Below, one piece after another: positions 38,120-52,600 of a stretch of 64,000 nt of DNA. The DNA comes from Polymyxa betae A26-41 (Eukaryota; Protista; Endomyxa: Phytomyxea), in assembly GCA_003693705.1 (NCBI GenBank), contig RBZT01000546.1, positions 124,001 through 188,000 of the forward strand, written 5' to 3'. The notes under the pieces were generated by a model. That model did not search any database. It was not told the origin of the DNA and saw only the letters and a program-made list of their open reading frames with translations. A program made the position numbers and the translations under genes. The first letter of the stretch is position 1. Every line of letters starts with the position of its first letter.

Positions 38120-41100
38120 TTATTTGTCATTAAATAGCTTATTGACATATGGAGAAGTCATTAATTTCACGTCAAGGTTCTGGGTGGTTTTCTGAAAGTG
38201 AATCCGATCCGAATCGCGAAGATGAGAAAGTAGCGAATATACAGCCGCCTGCACATCTGGATTGGGATCGTCTAAATGAATCAGGGCCGTTGAACTAATA
38301 TCAGACAACAGTGTTTCACGCTATCCAACATGTCAGCAGCGTCCTGGCAAAAACATGATTGATTACTTTGTCGTAATTGCTTCTGGTGTATAAATCCATC
38401 AAAACAGAGCAAACTTGAATTCGAACTTGATCGCTGCTATCATCAAGTCGACCAAGAAGCTCTTTACTAAGCGAATCAGGAATCGATATAGGAATCTTCG
38501 GCTTTTTAATCAATGCTTGAACAAGAGAAAGCGAGCCTATTCTGTCGCAGAAATCAATATGGAATACGTATGGATTGGGAAGTGCCGACCTGATATCAAG
38601 CGAATAATCATCAAGACAGGACACAATCTGGGGGGAGATTTGGTTTAAAACTGAGCTTGAGCAACACTCCAATAACGACTCGCGCTGTGAGCCAATTATC
38701 AAACAATCGATCGCCTTCAACCGAAGAGATGCTGCAGCTCTCCCAACATGCCAGATCAGACATCGGGAGATAACATTCGAAATCAGAGAATCTAAGGACC
38801 CATATTGGCGATTTCAATTCAAGAAACCTCTTCTTTATACCTATGAAGATCTCAATTCCTGGTGTAACTTGGAACATATTAGAAACTGCCGTCATTAACG
38901 AGGTAAGCTTATTCATCAGATTATCTGAGCCAGAGCGCTTAAATCAAATTAGATGCACTTCGGATGCAGATATATACCAGCGTCAGAACGATCGCTTCGC
39001 TCATCGAGACCAGAGAACGATTTCGTTAGCAATGAAACGACTGCATGTGTATGGTCATAAGTCATGGATGGAGCTGCATGCTGTATTAAACAGAGAAGTT
39101 GCTGTGCATCTGATGATCTAATTCACAACAATGATAACATAACCGATAACTGAAGTATGAAGCCACATACATGACGTCCCGACAATGTTCAACGACAGCA
39201 GAAAAATGGCGTTCGAAAAGAGCCGATTTGGACTCCAAGCCCAATATGGTACTCAGTTTGTCCAGTACAATATCAGGTGTACCCAGTCCGGGATGCAATG
39301 ACACAATCTGTAGCAGGACGAAGAAGAGCCGGAATTCGTACGCCTTGCATGACGATGGGACGCATTCTATGCAAGTGTCCAGAAATTGGATACATTGGGA
39401 TACTAATTGCGGATTCGTCGACGTATAAATATTATCCAGTGATAGAATGGAACTGATATAATCGGAGCTCAGCGAAGTGCTTCTGGTAGCAATCCCGCGT
39501 AGGAAGAAGCACGACATTCTCAAATATCGCTTAGTTCGGTCATCATTCAGATGAGAGACAGATTCCGCCAAACCTGCATGAACACATCAACGGACTATGA
39601 CAAAAGCAATCGGGAAGATACCTGAATAGATAGCCTGCAGTGTGGCATCTAAATCTGCATGCTGGCCTAGAAGGAATACAGCCTGGCATAAACTCGCAGC
39701 ATCGTCGTGATCATCGTCATTTAGTGCATGAACTATGCAGGGAATGACCTTTGCCACAGGGGTCGGTACAACGGATTGTGAACAGAAACCAATCGTACTC
39801 TATCCACGTACGAAGTGATGTCGGCCTGGACGATGCTGATAAATGTCTGAAGCATTCTTGAAGCGTTCAGGCGCATTACAGAAGTCCAGGCTGACATCAT
39901 CGGCAGAAGCTATCAACAAAGCCAACATTAGTTAAATAGTCTTGAAATAAGAGAATCTTATACATGAGAGCGTAATAGATCCGATATATTCTCACACAGC
40001 AGACTACGATAGTCCTTTTTTTCCATTAAAGACGCTAGAAACAAAAATAAGCGGAAATTGAAAGAATCATCAAATCTCGTTACGGTCATGGTTAAAGCTC
40101 GTAGCTGAAACCCTGAGCTCGACCTGTTTACGAACGTCGTCGTTCTCGTCGGAGAGTCCAGACAGAGTAATAACCAGCAATGAACTTAAAACGGGTCCTC
40201 GAGATATATTGATCGATGCGAGAATGTTGAGCACCTTTGTCATTGGTAAGTTGGCAGCGAACTGAGCAATTAAAGGACGTACTTGGTTGAACAGAATTTC
40301 GCGAACATGATTGGAGCGGTCAGATGCCAAATTTGCCAATGCTGGAAGAACTTCCTCATGAAACCATTTCGGTAGGTGATTGGAAGATGTCTGTTTTGCA
40401 TGATTCAACAAATAACAGATTGTGGAATGAACCGACATGTATTAGTGCAAATACAGCACTTAATGAATCTGAGCGAACTTTCTGTCGCTGGTGTTTCAGG
40501 TTTGACAATAATATCGGCAGCAAAGCCTGAAAATCGCAGGCATCCGCTGAGAGAGATGCCAATGTAATCACCATCGAGCACGCCTGAAGTTTGAGATCTG
40601 GGAATGGATCTGATAAGGCTTTTGAAGCAATTTTGACAAGAACGGCATGATGTCGAACCAGTTCGGCGGAATCGGTTAGCTTTGATAGCAGACTGGTTAG
40701 GAACTGAATCAGGGAAAGACGAATCTCCTCGGATTTTTCAGCTGTTGGCTCGATTTGTTCCAGAACAACAGGGATAATCTCATCTAAAAATTTCATAATG
40801 TTTTCCGAGTGTGTTGGTATTAATCTGTTTTGTAAATTAAATAATGTGCAATAGATAACCGTCTCTCGGCGTACTGGCGGAGAAGTTCCAAAGCCTCCAA
40901 TCGACAGCTTTCTGAGGGATCTTTTAACGAGAGTACGAGAGGTTTTGAAAGCAGATCCAGAATGACATCGTCACGAAGATCGTCTGAAACCTGTCTCGAA
41001 CAGCCGATCATTCCGAGATTGACAATCTTGGACCGCAACTGTCTCAAGGCCTGACGCCGTTTGAACCGGTCGGCGCCTTCGACAGAGAGGCAGTTGATAT

Positions 41101-41137
41101 CATGATTGAGAAGATTGGTAATGTCGCTGAGACGCAT
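38120..41137 (-). CDS. DNAAF5: Dynein axonemal assembly factor 5 (HEATR2-like HEAT-repeat protein)
   Basis: DINCL....R..RR.AL, DPSESCR, E.SEEIRL, LSDPFPD, L.HQ..KVR, SGLSDE, CLDD, LLGRLDDSSDQVR, LIHLDDP...VQ.AV. Confidence 0.85.
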
Positions 41138-41240
41138 CAGCAATGAAGAATGAAGGAGAACGGGGCTGCCTGCAGAGTGCAGTTATACTGGCGTAACGAT
41201 ACCTACAGGGGAATGGTACGGCCCAGAGACTGCAGTGATG

Positions 41241-41261
41241 AAACCCTAAAACCCTAACCCT
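41241..41261 (+). promoter_or_regulatory. Clustered telo-boxes AAACCCTAAAACCCTAACCCT upstream of DNAAF5
   Basis: Three overlapping telomere-like units about 105 nt upstream of ATG 41137. Confidence 0.65.
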
Positions 41262-41309
41262 GGAGAAACCCAAACAAGCAGTAAAATATGGCATATGATG
41301 TCATATGTT

Positions 41310-44300
41310 TTAATGTTTAGATGAATTTAATGCAGCCTGCTTCTGGGCGCCTGCTCTTGCGTACTGCTTCTGTTTTTTGGCACGCTTCACTTCAGCGAAC
41401 TTCCTTTGTAAAGGAGCCGCTGCCCGTTTCTTCTCTTCCGCTTTCTGTTTCTTGCTGGTAGCACGGATTTCCTGTTTCTGGTTACGAACAGTATTAACAT
41501 TTTGCATAAGAGTGTATAATCGCTTTTGTTCTGGTTCCATGACGACCCTAAATAGACATTAATCATGTCACGATAACCTGGAAATAGATGTTCTTACTTC
41601 CGCCTGTCTTCAAGAAGAGGTCGCTTTTGCGATTTCATAACTTTTGGTTTTGTGGCAAATGGCAGATCCTTCTGCAGAGTTTTTGGAATCTTCATCGGGT
41701 AGAATCGCTTCTCTTTTCGCTCGATTGGCTTGTATACCGAATCAGGATTTTCTGGAACTGGAAGTGTCTACGGAAAATGGTTACGATCAGATAATATCAT
41801 TACGGCAAGATTCCTACGCGATCAGCGCGAAGCTCTCGAACAGATCGCATACAGGTCCAGTCATTAGACAGCAGAGATGTTTGCGGATTGTAGTACTGAA
41901 TTGGTTTCACCGTGGTCCAGGTACGGCAGAACACGATATCACTCTTGAGAATCATGTCTTCAAAGCTGCATCGGACAACTACGAATTCCAGCTTCACTAT
42001 CAAGTAGATGGCAATGAATAAATATCGTACCTCCTTCCTGATTGGCACCAGACATGGCTTTCTTAATTTGCCCTCTGATTCCAGAGACCGTGCGGATTGC
42101 CGCACCCTCAAATCGAGCAGCTTCAACAGAAGAGCTGAACATATCCTTAACGAAAGCAGTATGTTTGGCGATCTTGATTGGGTGCCCAACTAGCTTCAAC
42201 TTTTTGACAATTAAGAAAGAACTATCGATCTCTTGAATAGTTCCTAAGCATAGAATTAAGTAACAGAATTGCTGACATCATGGGGAAGAGAACCTGTGGC
42301 AGCAACCCGGAATGAAGCGTTTTTATTGTCGGTTGACTGGAATGCAATGATGCCTGTTCCGATAGGCAATACTGGCCCATAGAATGTAGCCTGACAATGC
42401 ATATGCTCAGGAGTATATTTCAGCATCCGTTGGCGATCGTTGGCATCGCTGAGCGAATACATCTATGGAATCATTCATATCTCGAACAAACACAAGACAG
42501 GCGACAATACCGGAACAGTTTGGAATCGACGCCACCCAGCAGAAATTACAAGGGGGTCGTTGTTTTTCAGGATCTTCTTGTACCAACGATGTTTTTTGAA
42601 TTTGCATTGTGTCATGGCCAGGACCCCTTCGCCAGGCAATAGACCGCCGATAATCGCTGGTCTGGAGACACTGAATTCCTGAACGAATTCGCAGGGAACC
42701 GCTCGAAGCTCAATTCGAATGTATTTCCCGATGGTAACACCTACAGCATTTCTCAGACGTAAGTTACAAAATATGCCAAAATCATGACCTTCGTGAAGAA
42801 TCCGTTCATGTTCGTCTTCACCTTCGAACTCCTTCTGATTCAAAACGACTTGTTCCATCATCTGAGCCTTAACGCTTGCATGCCAATCCTGAATCCCATG
42901 GCCCTCGTTTCCTTCCTCTGCTGCCTTCGTATCATCGTGTTCAGCATCGAATTGAGCCTTCAGCTTGACTTTCTCCTACAATGATAGTCAGTCATTACAA
43001 AGTGATGAAAAGATTAAGTACTTGAAGGCGTCGCTGTTTAGCAGCTGCCTCATCTTCATTGTATTCAACATCGCCGTCGTCGTCATTCACCTCAATGTCG
43101 TTATCCTCAGCACCTTCAACATCACTGAAGTCGCCGTAAACTTCTTCTTCGGCATCCGCAGGGTCATCCAAAGTCTATTTCACTGGTATTAATTGCAGAG
43201 CGCTTGACAAAACATGCAGAGTTTACGTCATTCTGAGGATTCCATTCACCAGTAACGAAGCGATTGCGAATAGATTCACGAACTTCTTCGTTGTCCCAAC
43301 GTGACAAATCGCGTTGGGTTCCAGTAGAAAGGGACCGATTGCCAACCTAACCCAAACGTCAGATATACAGAAGACCAATTAATGTAAAAGACTTCAACCT
43401 CATTTCGGTCAATGGCACGAGGTCGGCGGATCTTAAAGAAGTCGTCATCGCTATCTGATGACATATCTTCCACCTTTCTGCCAACATCGACGTTAACGTT
43501 GGATGATCCATACACCGTTGCTTGCAGAGATCGAGTTGTCGCATTGGAATTGGGAATCATACGCCGAAGCTGGACCGACTCTTTAACTTTAACATTCTCA
43601 TTGTCCTGATCGTCAGACTCCGACTCATCGAATCCATCAGCTTCTTCGATATCATCATCCTGCTCGTCAAGGTCGCTAAGTTGTGGATCAGCTTGCTCTT
43701 GCTCGCTGTCATTCTCATCTTGATCAACTTGATCACCGGCAAGCACTTCAATCTGCGATAAATCCACATCCTCGCTTCCTGAGTCTTCAGAATTGGCTGG
43801 ACGGCGACGTTGCAGGAAGCATCCGACGTCGTCGTTGGAAGAATCCTGATCTTCACTGTCCTCATCAGATTGCGAATGATCCTCAGAGGCATCACTCAGT
43901 CGATCATTTTCTGAATCGGTAACGCCATCACTGTCTTCTTCAGAATAGCTGTCTTGCTCGGCCTCCTCATTGTCATTGTCATCGTCGGAGTTTCCTTCGT
44001 CGTCTTCTGACTCTTCGGGCGCCTCCTCATCTTCGTCGTCAAACGACATATCAGCATTGGGTTGGTTCGCATCAGATTCTGAGCCATCATCATTAGGCAG
44101 GGATTGGCGCTGACTGTTGTCCTGCTCCTGGTCGGCGAAAACGACTTTCCGACGAATGCGGCCAGATTTCTCATCCAACACTTTCTCTTCAGAGAATGGG
44201 ATAGGTCCCGAACCTCGAAACATTTCAATTGATGACTGTGCCAGGCGATCATCAATTGGCACATCCAATGATTGAAGTTGGCGAACCTAAAAACAGCATT

Positions 44301-45894
44301 AGAGAAAAACATGAAAGCAGCAACAAACAGTACAATGTCCTCTCCGGGCCCTTCAGTGGCGTTGATCTCCGGGTTCTGGCCGTTTTCAGCCGGCAGAAAT
44401 TGCTCGGGTTTTGAGAAGTTGATCTGATGATCCTTGAGCTCAATATAGACGGCGTCCTTGTCATAGAGCAGTTCGCCGACATCGGCCATGGGCGCATATA
44501 ATAACTTCTCTTTGTCATTGAGATGCTTTTTAGCGACAGCGCCGTCTTTCATTCTGGAAGATAACGGGCAAGGATCGGTTAATATCGTCACTCGTTCCAT
44601 ACTAAGAACGTTTGAGCTCAGCTAAACTCTCATGAACAATTGTGGATACCTGAAATCGCCGACACCAATCAGATGAACAGTGGAATCGATTTTGAGGTTC
44701 GTCCCTCGAAGATATCCATATAAAGCCACAGTTCGATCAACGTTGGAATTCTCAGCGACTTCAGCTGGATTGGAAATATCCTCCATACGATCAACCTAAT
44801 GTGCGATACAATCAGGCTCTGTCTAGGTGCTACAGAATGGGATTACGATCAAATGTGGGTGAGTTGAGCGCCAGATCAACGGTCTGAATTTCATCACTGC
44901 GATAAACCTGGACAGGTTAGTAATCTCATTCTTCGCGTATAAACTGCTTTGTAGTCCGGAAAGATAGAATAATTTTGCCCCTGAATTGGTCGTAGCATTA
45001 ATTCAATGACGATGTCTCAGAAATTCGATCTGCGAACCTTGGTAGATTTCTGACCAGAACCTGGCTTTGATTGTCTTTTTGATTTTCTTCAGCTGTGAGC
45101 TCTTCTTAAATTGGTCGAGATGGGTTAAGACACCCATAACACGAGGGAAACCATGAACCTGCTCCATTGTTAGCAACTTCGATCAACTGATTATCGAGTT
45201 GCGCGCCCTACTTGAGCCATGTTTAAAAATTCGAACGTCTCCATTTCAAATCCGAAACTGGCGTCTACCAGCAACAAAACGAGATCGGCGGCTAAACAAG
45301 CATTAGAAACTGATTTCAAAAGAGTAATGAATCATACTCTTTGCCAGGTCTATCATCGATGGAATGTCGTTCGGGCATTCGAAAAACGTCAGGCGACGCT
45401 TCTTGCCTGAAATAACAGTAATCGGCCCTTGGACGTTCGTCAGCTTTTGCCTCGTGTAATGCTTAATCAAGCTCTACGGTAACAGAGCTCAGCGAAACAT
45501 TCTTTTAAAATCGGAGAGCAAAACAACCTTGATTAAAGTGGATTTTCCTACTTGTGGAGGCCCTACGACAGCGATCAGAAATGGTGGCTGATCCTCGACA
45601 GCCACGTTATTCTGCTTGATCGGAACGTGATGCGATTTGAACTCCCGATCTGTTCTTCTTTGATGCATCACTGCTGCCTACATTTTGGTTCAGAACGCCA
45701 TTGATAATCCTCACCGGCCCATCGAGAACCTTATTAAACGAATTAAAAGTGAAGGCCTTCTCATTGCGATGTGGGGCGTTCCCGGCCGAATCCTGAGCAT
45801 TCTGCGATTTCGATTTATTAATTTCAGCACGACGCTTCGCCTTAGGCCCAGCCTGTCGAGAACGATGTGCTTTCGGGGCTGGGACAGAATCCAT
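41310..45894 (-). CDS. BMS1: Ribosome biogenesis GTPase BMS1
   Basis: [65 protein letters not shown], long acidic insert, [38 protein letters not shown]. Confidence 0.97.
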
Positions 45895-46495
45895 TTTTTC
45901 AAAACTGGAAAAATCAGCTCAGACTCCCAAGTCCAATTTTGTTCCGGACTCCGTCGCGCACGCAATTTTTCCGCGTCTTTTCTGGCCATTTTTGCTGCAA
46001 AAATTGGTTGGCGAATCATATCTGGGCTGATTTATTCAATTCTACGATGTAGTTTGTCACCGCAATTGGCGTGTTTCTAACAAACGTGTTTTTTAGTCGG
46101 ATCTTAGATTTATTGAATCACTTCTAAACGAAACTAATCTGCCTTTGATCTGATAAAAAAAATTGTGAAATGTTTTGTGTTTAACGTCCAAAGGTTTGAT
46201 GAATTCAGTTGCCTTCGATCCGTTGCTTGAAGGCATTGCCATGGAGACAACACCATGATTTGTTGCACCAAGGCCGCCTAGATGCTACTAACAACGAATG
46301 CAGCTTTTAGATTGATTTTGGAACTGGGTGTTGGACAGGCCGTCACACTGATGTAGTTCGGATTTGAGGCGCGACCCCTATCCGCTCAAATTCTAATTTC
46401 AATTAACGTTGCTGGGTGCCGCCCGTCGTTTCTCTTTCAACTTCGCTGCATTGGTTGATTGAGCCTGCTGACCGCCAGGGATCGACGCCCAATCG

Positions 46496-47983
46496 ATGTA
46501 TTCGAGTTTGATGGCGCCATCGACGACACATTTAGGGCCGCCATCGGGCGTCACGTATCCTACGAACCCGGAGGCATATGAGCTTAAGGCCGAGCTTGGG
46601 AAGGGTGCGTTTGCCACTGTCTTCCTTGCCTATTGCAAGGCTACAAATGAGCATATTGCCGTCAAGATACTGGATCTTGAAGAGCTTGACACTTCCTGGG
46701 AAGAGATCCGCAAAGAAATTTCTGTCATGGGTCTATTGAACCATCCGAATGTTGTTCGCTGCTTATGCTCGTTCGTTGTTGATCGAGAGATATGGTTAGT
46801 GATGCCGCTTCTGGCTGGCGGGAGCTGCGCCGACATAATGAAGCGAAACTTCCCGAAGGGTCTCGACGATGAGGTATCTGTATTAATTTAGTGTAAAATT
46901 TCGATTCGTGATGCCCAGCGATCAGGTTCTTATTGCCACAATTTTGAAGGAGACCTTACAAGGCCTTGAGTATCTGCATCGAGATGGAAGAATTCATCGT
47001 GACGTCAAGGCTGGCAATATCCTGATTGCCGTCGATGGCCAGGTCCAGATAGCCGATTTTGGAGTTGCCGGTACACTAGTTGAATCTGGAGACCGTAAGA
47101 AGTCTAGGAAGACATTTGTTGGTACTCCATGCTGGATGGCACCTGAGGTCTGCATGATCGGATTGTTGACAAAAAATTTCTCTAAGTTTAGTGCTAGGTT
47201 ATGGAACAAACTTCAGGCTATGACCAGAAAGCAGACATTTGGTCGTTTGGAATTACAGCTATGGAGCTTGCCTATGGAAGGCCTCCATACTCGAATTATC
47301 AGCCAATGAAGGTCATGATACTCACATTGCAAGAAGAGCCGCCAACGTGCAGCGTGTATGAGGACGCTTCAAAAAAACTATCTAGGTCATTCAAAGCGAT
47401 GGTGGCTCTCTGCTTGAAGAAAGATCCAGCCAAGCGTCCCACTGCTGAAAAGTTGCTGCAACATAAATTCTTCAAACTGGCGAAAAAGAACCAGTACATT
47501 ATGGACGCTCTTCTCTCTCAGATACCAATGCCGAAATTGAGTTCTGAATCATTGATTCGCAGAATTCATCGGAACGTATCGATGAGCGCCAATTCACCAG
47601 TAAATGGTCAATGCGAAGGTGCTGTTCCTGTTCCATCTAGCTGGGTTTTCACTCCTGATGCTGTTAACTCGCTCAAGCAAGGCGATTCATCAACGCCGAC
47701 ACCGGACCTGTCGCCTCGCGCTGCTGCTTCTCCGCCAACAAGGGAATCCCCAACGTTCAAGGCACCTCAATCCGTCCAGAACCCATTTGATGAACTCGAA
47801 CAGTTAGAAGTAGCTCAAAACGCATCCAGACATGCAAGATTTGCCAGTGATCTTACCGAGCTGTCGCCGCATTTGGATCATCCAAGGTCAGTTGCTGCTC
47901 CTCGAAGTCAACCGGAAATGCAAGCTGCAGGACGTTTCATCGTCAAGGATGTTTCGTCTGATAGTATAAACAGGGCGAAGTGA
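46496..47983 (+). CDS. STE20-family (OSR1/SPAK/Fray-like) kinase
   Basis: YP.....YEL...[35 protein letters not shown]|[36 protein letters not shown]. Confidence 0.93.
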
Positions 47984-48020
47984 TTCCGAATTTCACCAAC
48001 TCGTGTGTGAATAATTTATC

Positions 48021-49338
48021 TTATCTGTCTGCAACGGAACCATGTGGTACCCCAATTATAAGGGAAAATTTGTTCAACGCCTCTGGAGGATGGGTTTTAA
48101 GCAGCCATTTGTTTTGGTTGTATCTTAGAGTGACCAGACTGGGCCAACGTCAATGCGGGAATGAGACGCGATATGTTTTACCCTGTACCGATTTGTAAAA
48201 TCAACAGCCATGGCGACGATCTGCTTATTTATCGTAGCTGGAAAGATCTTCGGATAGGAATAGGTTCAGAATTAATAACCAGACAATGGTCCGTTTCTTA
48301 CGTAATAGTTATCTGGAATTGGGAAAGGCTCTCCCCATGCATTTCTCGATAAGTTGAACTCGATCAAGGTAAACTGTCAGAGAAATCAGTTAGTTTAAGC
48401 TGCAGTTCGCGATTCAATAAGAAGACCTTATGAGGGCGCATCCACATTCCAATAACGAGGCTATGCAGGGATTTAATAACTGACCTCGAACTTAACCTCA
48501 TTATTACATCGGGCGCAGGTGCTATTGTCTGCCAATCATTCTCCAAAATGATATCACAAACAGATTTAAAATATCCCTCGTTAACTTGACGCCCATTTCT
48601 AACAGTAGTTCCAATCACTAGGTTACATTTCAACGAGATGTAAGGAGGCTGCTGATATCTCATTACCTGTTAAACATGGATTGCTAACAGCATCTAATAG
48701 GACTGCACATGAGCAGACAACAAAATGGGTAGGCAACGGGGCACATTCAGCCCATACCTTGGATTTAATGTTGTAGCTCCAAACTGCAGATGAAGGCGAG
48801 TTGTCTGAGACGTGATGACCACCAACTATCTAAAACATTACTGTCAGATGTATGAAATATGTAAGAATTTTCCATACGTAAATACAGTTTCCATAATGAG
48901 TACATGAGAGTTGATCAAGCATCGGAGGATGTGCCTGATTGAGAACAGGTCTGGAAATCTCAACCCATGATTTTCTCTCAGGATCGAATTGTTTGATTAA
49001 CAGTTCACAGGTGTCAAGTACAGTGACAACACCATCAATCACTAAAACCGCAAGAGGATGATGGGTCGTACACGATGACGCAACTGGAACCTTCAGTTTC
49101 CATGAGTCTACAATCTACAGTTACCACAAAGCCTTACCTGAAACCATTTTTGCAGTAGAAAATCAAAATATTTCGTTTCGCTGGAAAAACAGTCCAGAAC
49201 GACGTCTCGTTTCTCGAAGAGCTGTGATACAGTTCTGGCCCACGACCTGCAAGTTGGTGCCAGCCTGGACAGGTCGGTTGTCAATCCCAGGAATGACAAG
49301 ATAGGGGACAGATGTAATCTGAAAACGACATCTGCCAT
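48021..49338 (-). CDS. F-box-like N-terminus plus kelch-like repeat protein
   Basis: LSPILSFL...DLSRLAPTCRSW (F-box-like); FDPERKSW, YGNCIYV, VWSYNIKSKVWAEC, NDWQTIAPAP (kelch-like); 3' end approximate. Confidence 0.65.
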
Positions 49339-49656
49339 AGGCCAACTAACAACGAAAAACTGCACTGCGATACGTAACATTAACAAAACAATATTAGAGT
49401 CATCGTTCAGACATGGAATTCCCCCCTAAACTCCAACTCCTCTGATTGAGACTTGAGAGACAGGCTCTGTACACTTCATTGTTTATTGCTTGTCTTCTCT
49501 ATATCATGGTGTTTGCCTCTGTCTGTTGTTATTCTTCCAAGTCGCCCGTCGTCATTAGGATCGAGAAAGAGGAATGTTCCCGAATCTCGGACCCAAGTCG
49601 CTGATTTGTCCAAATAGTGTGTTTCGATAGATCAATGCAGTACCCCAGACTTGATT

Positions 49657-52600
49657 ATGCTATGTCGGTTCTTGAGATATATTCTGAAACTTTTGAGGCG
49701 TCTGTCACCTAGCCATCGACGCCGTTTAGCGTTGGCGTCCTTCATTGCTACAATTGCTGTTCTAGCGAAACAAGTAAATGGATGATGTTTTGAATGTTAT
49801 ATTCCTAACAAAGTGTTCAGAGGAAACGGAAAAAAACTGGAAAAAAACCATTACTCAAGGGTTTTGACGATGGCTCTGATGCAATTTATTCTGTAAGAAG
49901 CTTTAAGTAGTCATCCTTGCGAAACCGTAATAAGGCTCTGTAATCAGGGTTACCAGAAATTTACAAACGACGATCTCTATGCCTACGAAGCATTTGAAAC
50001 TTTATCTATTGGGGTATTGCTGCTTGCCTTGGTTATTCAGGGAACTTGAACGCCGCCACTCAGATTGAAGAATCGCCTATAGACCTGCTTTGCAAGAACA
50101 AAGTATTCGCAGCTCTGGAGAGAAGTGCTGTAGCTGAGCTTTACAACTTAATGGATGAAATCGTTCTTGATGAAGGGAAAAATTTGTTCAAAGCGGGCGA
50201 TGACTCCGATCAAGGATTGTACGTAGTCATGGAGGGTTCTGCTGAAGTCTACACCGCTAATGAAAACAATGAATGTAACCAGCTACAAACATGCCAAGGC
50301 GTCTACTAACATTGATTACAAGATTATTCGTTATACGAAGTTCATACTGCAGACGACCTATGTATTCATAGCTTGTTCAGGTTGGATTACGTGATTATTG
50401 CTTTCCAATCTGACTTTAAACAGTGACTCTGGAACGATTCAAACACTGTCAGCCCGAGCTGTTCATGGGTCGGCTCGGTGTTTATATCTTTCAAAAACTT
50501 CATTTCAATTGTTTTGTGCTGAGAACGTCCAGCAGCTTGACGCGTTAATTCGAATAATTATTGGAAGAAATTGGTCAGCTGGTTAAGTTTTTTAAATCTC
50601 TAATTGAAAATTTAACTCAGGAGAGTCATTACTCAAGTTCTGACGGCTTATTTGAAACTTCCTGCTATGTCCAAAAACAAATCCGTTAGCAACGCTGGTT
50701 TCAAAATTTCGTTCACGTAATCATTGTATATCAACAGCAAGGCGAAGAGAAACATGCCGTTGTTGATATCACTGAAGAAGCTTTGAAATCAGCTCTAAGC
50801 TCTAATCCAGCGTATTCATCTGAGACCGTATCTATTGAACCAGGGCAGGTGTTATTTGAGCAGGTAGACTCCCCTTTGCTCTCTATTGCTTTTAGGTTAT
50901 TAATCGAAAATCCTAGGGCGAATCGGTGTCTGCTTTTTATATACTTCTGTCTGGGTTGTTGCTTGGTGTTCTGAAAAGTGAACCAGATCAGCAAACAGCT
51001 AACGATCAATTGTGGTCTCACCAGATTCTCCCTTGTAGTGTCGTTGGCATCATGTCTTTTATGACAGGGTATGGCTCCGTATCTGTTGAGGTATTGTTGG
51101 TGAACGGTTTCCCATCAGGTCATTAAGGGGTGAAACTGTAAAAGCCTTAGAACCGTCAAGATTGATTAGGATTTCAAAAGAGCTGTACTATCATTTGCTC
51201 GAACATCATCCACAGGTTCACATTTACTTGAGATCCACATGAGTATCTGAACCCTTACGAACAGTGTGTCATACCATTACTCTTTGCTGCAGGAAAGCAG
51301 CTCTCTGCTTTGGCTAATCAATTCTTTTCTTTTGGGCTGCACTCAACATGGTACAAAGGGGGCTCCATAATTAGGTGAATACTACATCTTTTATGTCCAT
51401 TCAACTGACCACTCATCTAGAGAGTCCCCAACACAAATCGAAAAAAACCCTAGTATGCATTTGATCATATCTGGGCGAGTTCGTGTTTCGTATATTCGAT
51501 CTAGTCAGAAACGAGAGTTCGCAGAAATTAGGAAAGAATTTTTTGAGCGAACGACTGGTTTTGACCAGAACGCAATGGACATTTATAATGATCTTACCCA
51601 GGAGCTAGACTTTTCAGGTGATTCTGAGTAATCTAAATCGTCTTCAATAGATAATTGTAGTTGGGATAGTGTCAGCCACCTCTATCGGAAGAGGGGAAAC
51701 GTTTGGAGAATCCAGGACATTTTCCCAAAAAGGGTGTGAGACGTATCAAATACAAGCTACCTGTGAAAGAGATACAGAAATCGTCGCCATCTCAAGAGCG
51801 ACAATAAGAAATATAATGATGAAGTATCCGCTGACTATAGCTCGTTTCATGGAAATAATGTCAAGAAAACTCTCACAACTGGAGAATGATTCATTGAACA
51901 ATAAGTTAGTGGGCATTGCTTAATTGCTTCAAAATTAAACCAACTGCACCTCAAGGGATGCGAGGTCGAAAAGAAACTTGAAAACGATAACTTTGGTTCC
52001 AGCTGGAGGGACTCCTGCCTCGGAAGTTGCTGCGTTTGCGCTTCGTTTAACTGCATCACTTTCCGATTTGGTAAAAAGCAACAACGTTCCTTTTCCATGA
52101 ACTGAAACAGTCTAGGGCTCAACGCTGCTTTTAAACTCTCAACGTTTGCCCCGCTTACTTGGACGTGACATTGCTCGTCAAATCCGTTGCGATCACGAGA
52201 TGTTCCGGGTTAGTTCCTCTCGTCATTCTGCTCTTTGTTTTTAACTCTTTGCTCAGCTATCACTATGGTTAGCTCAACAAGAAGAAAATTGTCGATTCGT
52301 TATTCTTGAAACAGATGGTGGACCGAATATCTCGTTTTGGGACAGGTATATAGACTTATTCACTATGGATAAAGTTTGAGTTATTGGGCAGTTTTTGTAT
52401 TCGACAATCAGATTGTGTAGTCTTGGTCGGGAGACAAGGAGCTTTACCACTGCCGAGTCTTTATGAAAGGAGGATGCTGAGATATGCTGAGTGGAGAAGG
52501 AACAGTATATGTTTATCGCCATATCGAGCAAGCCAACAGGTTACATCAATCAAAGACTTGAAAAATAAGAGTCTAATGTGCAGTAGAGTGATAAACAGGT

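Noticed and set aside
43200-44270. Acidic low-complexity 330-aa ORF as a separate gene
   Set aside because: It is the expected acidic middle region of BMS1.
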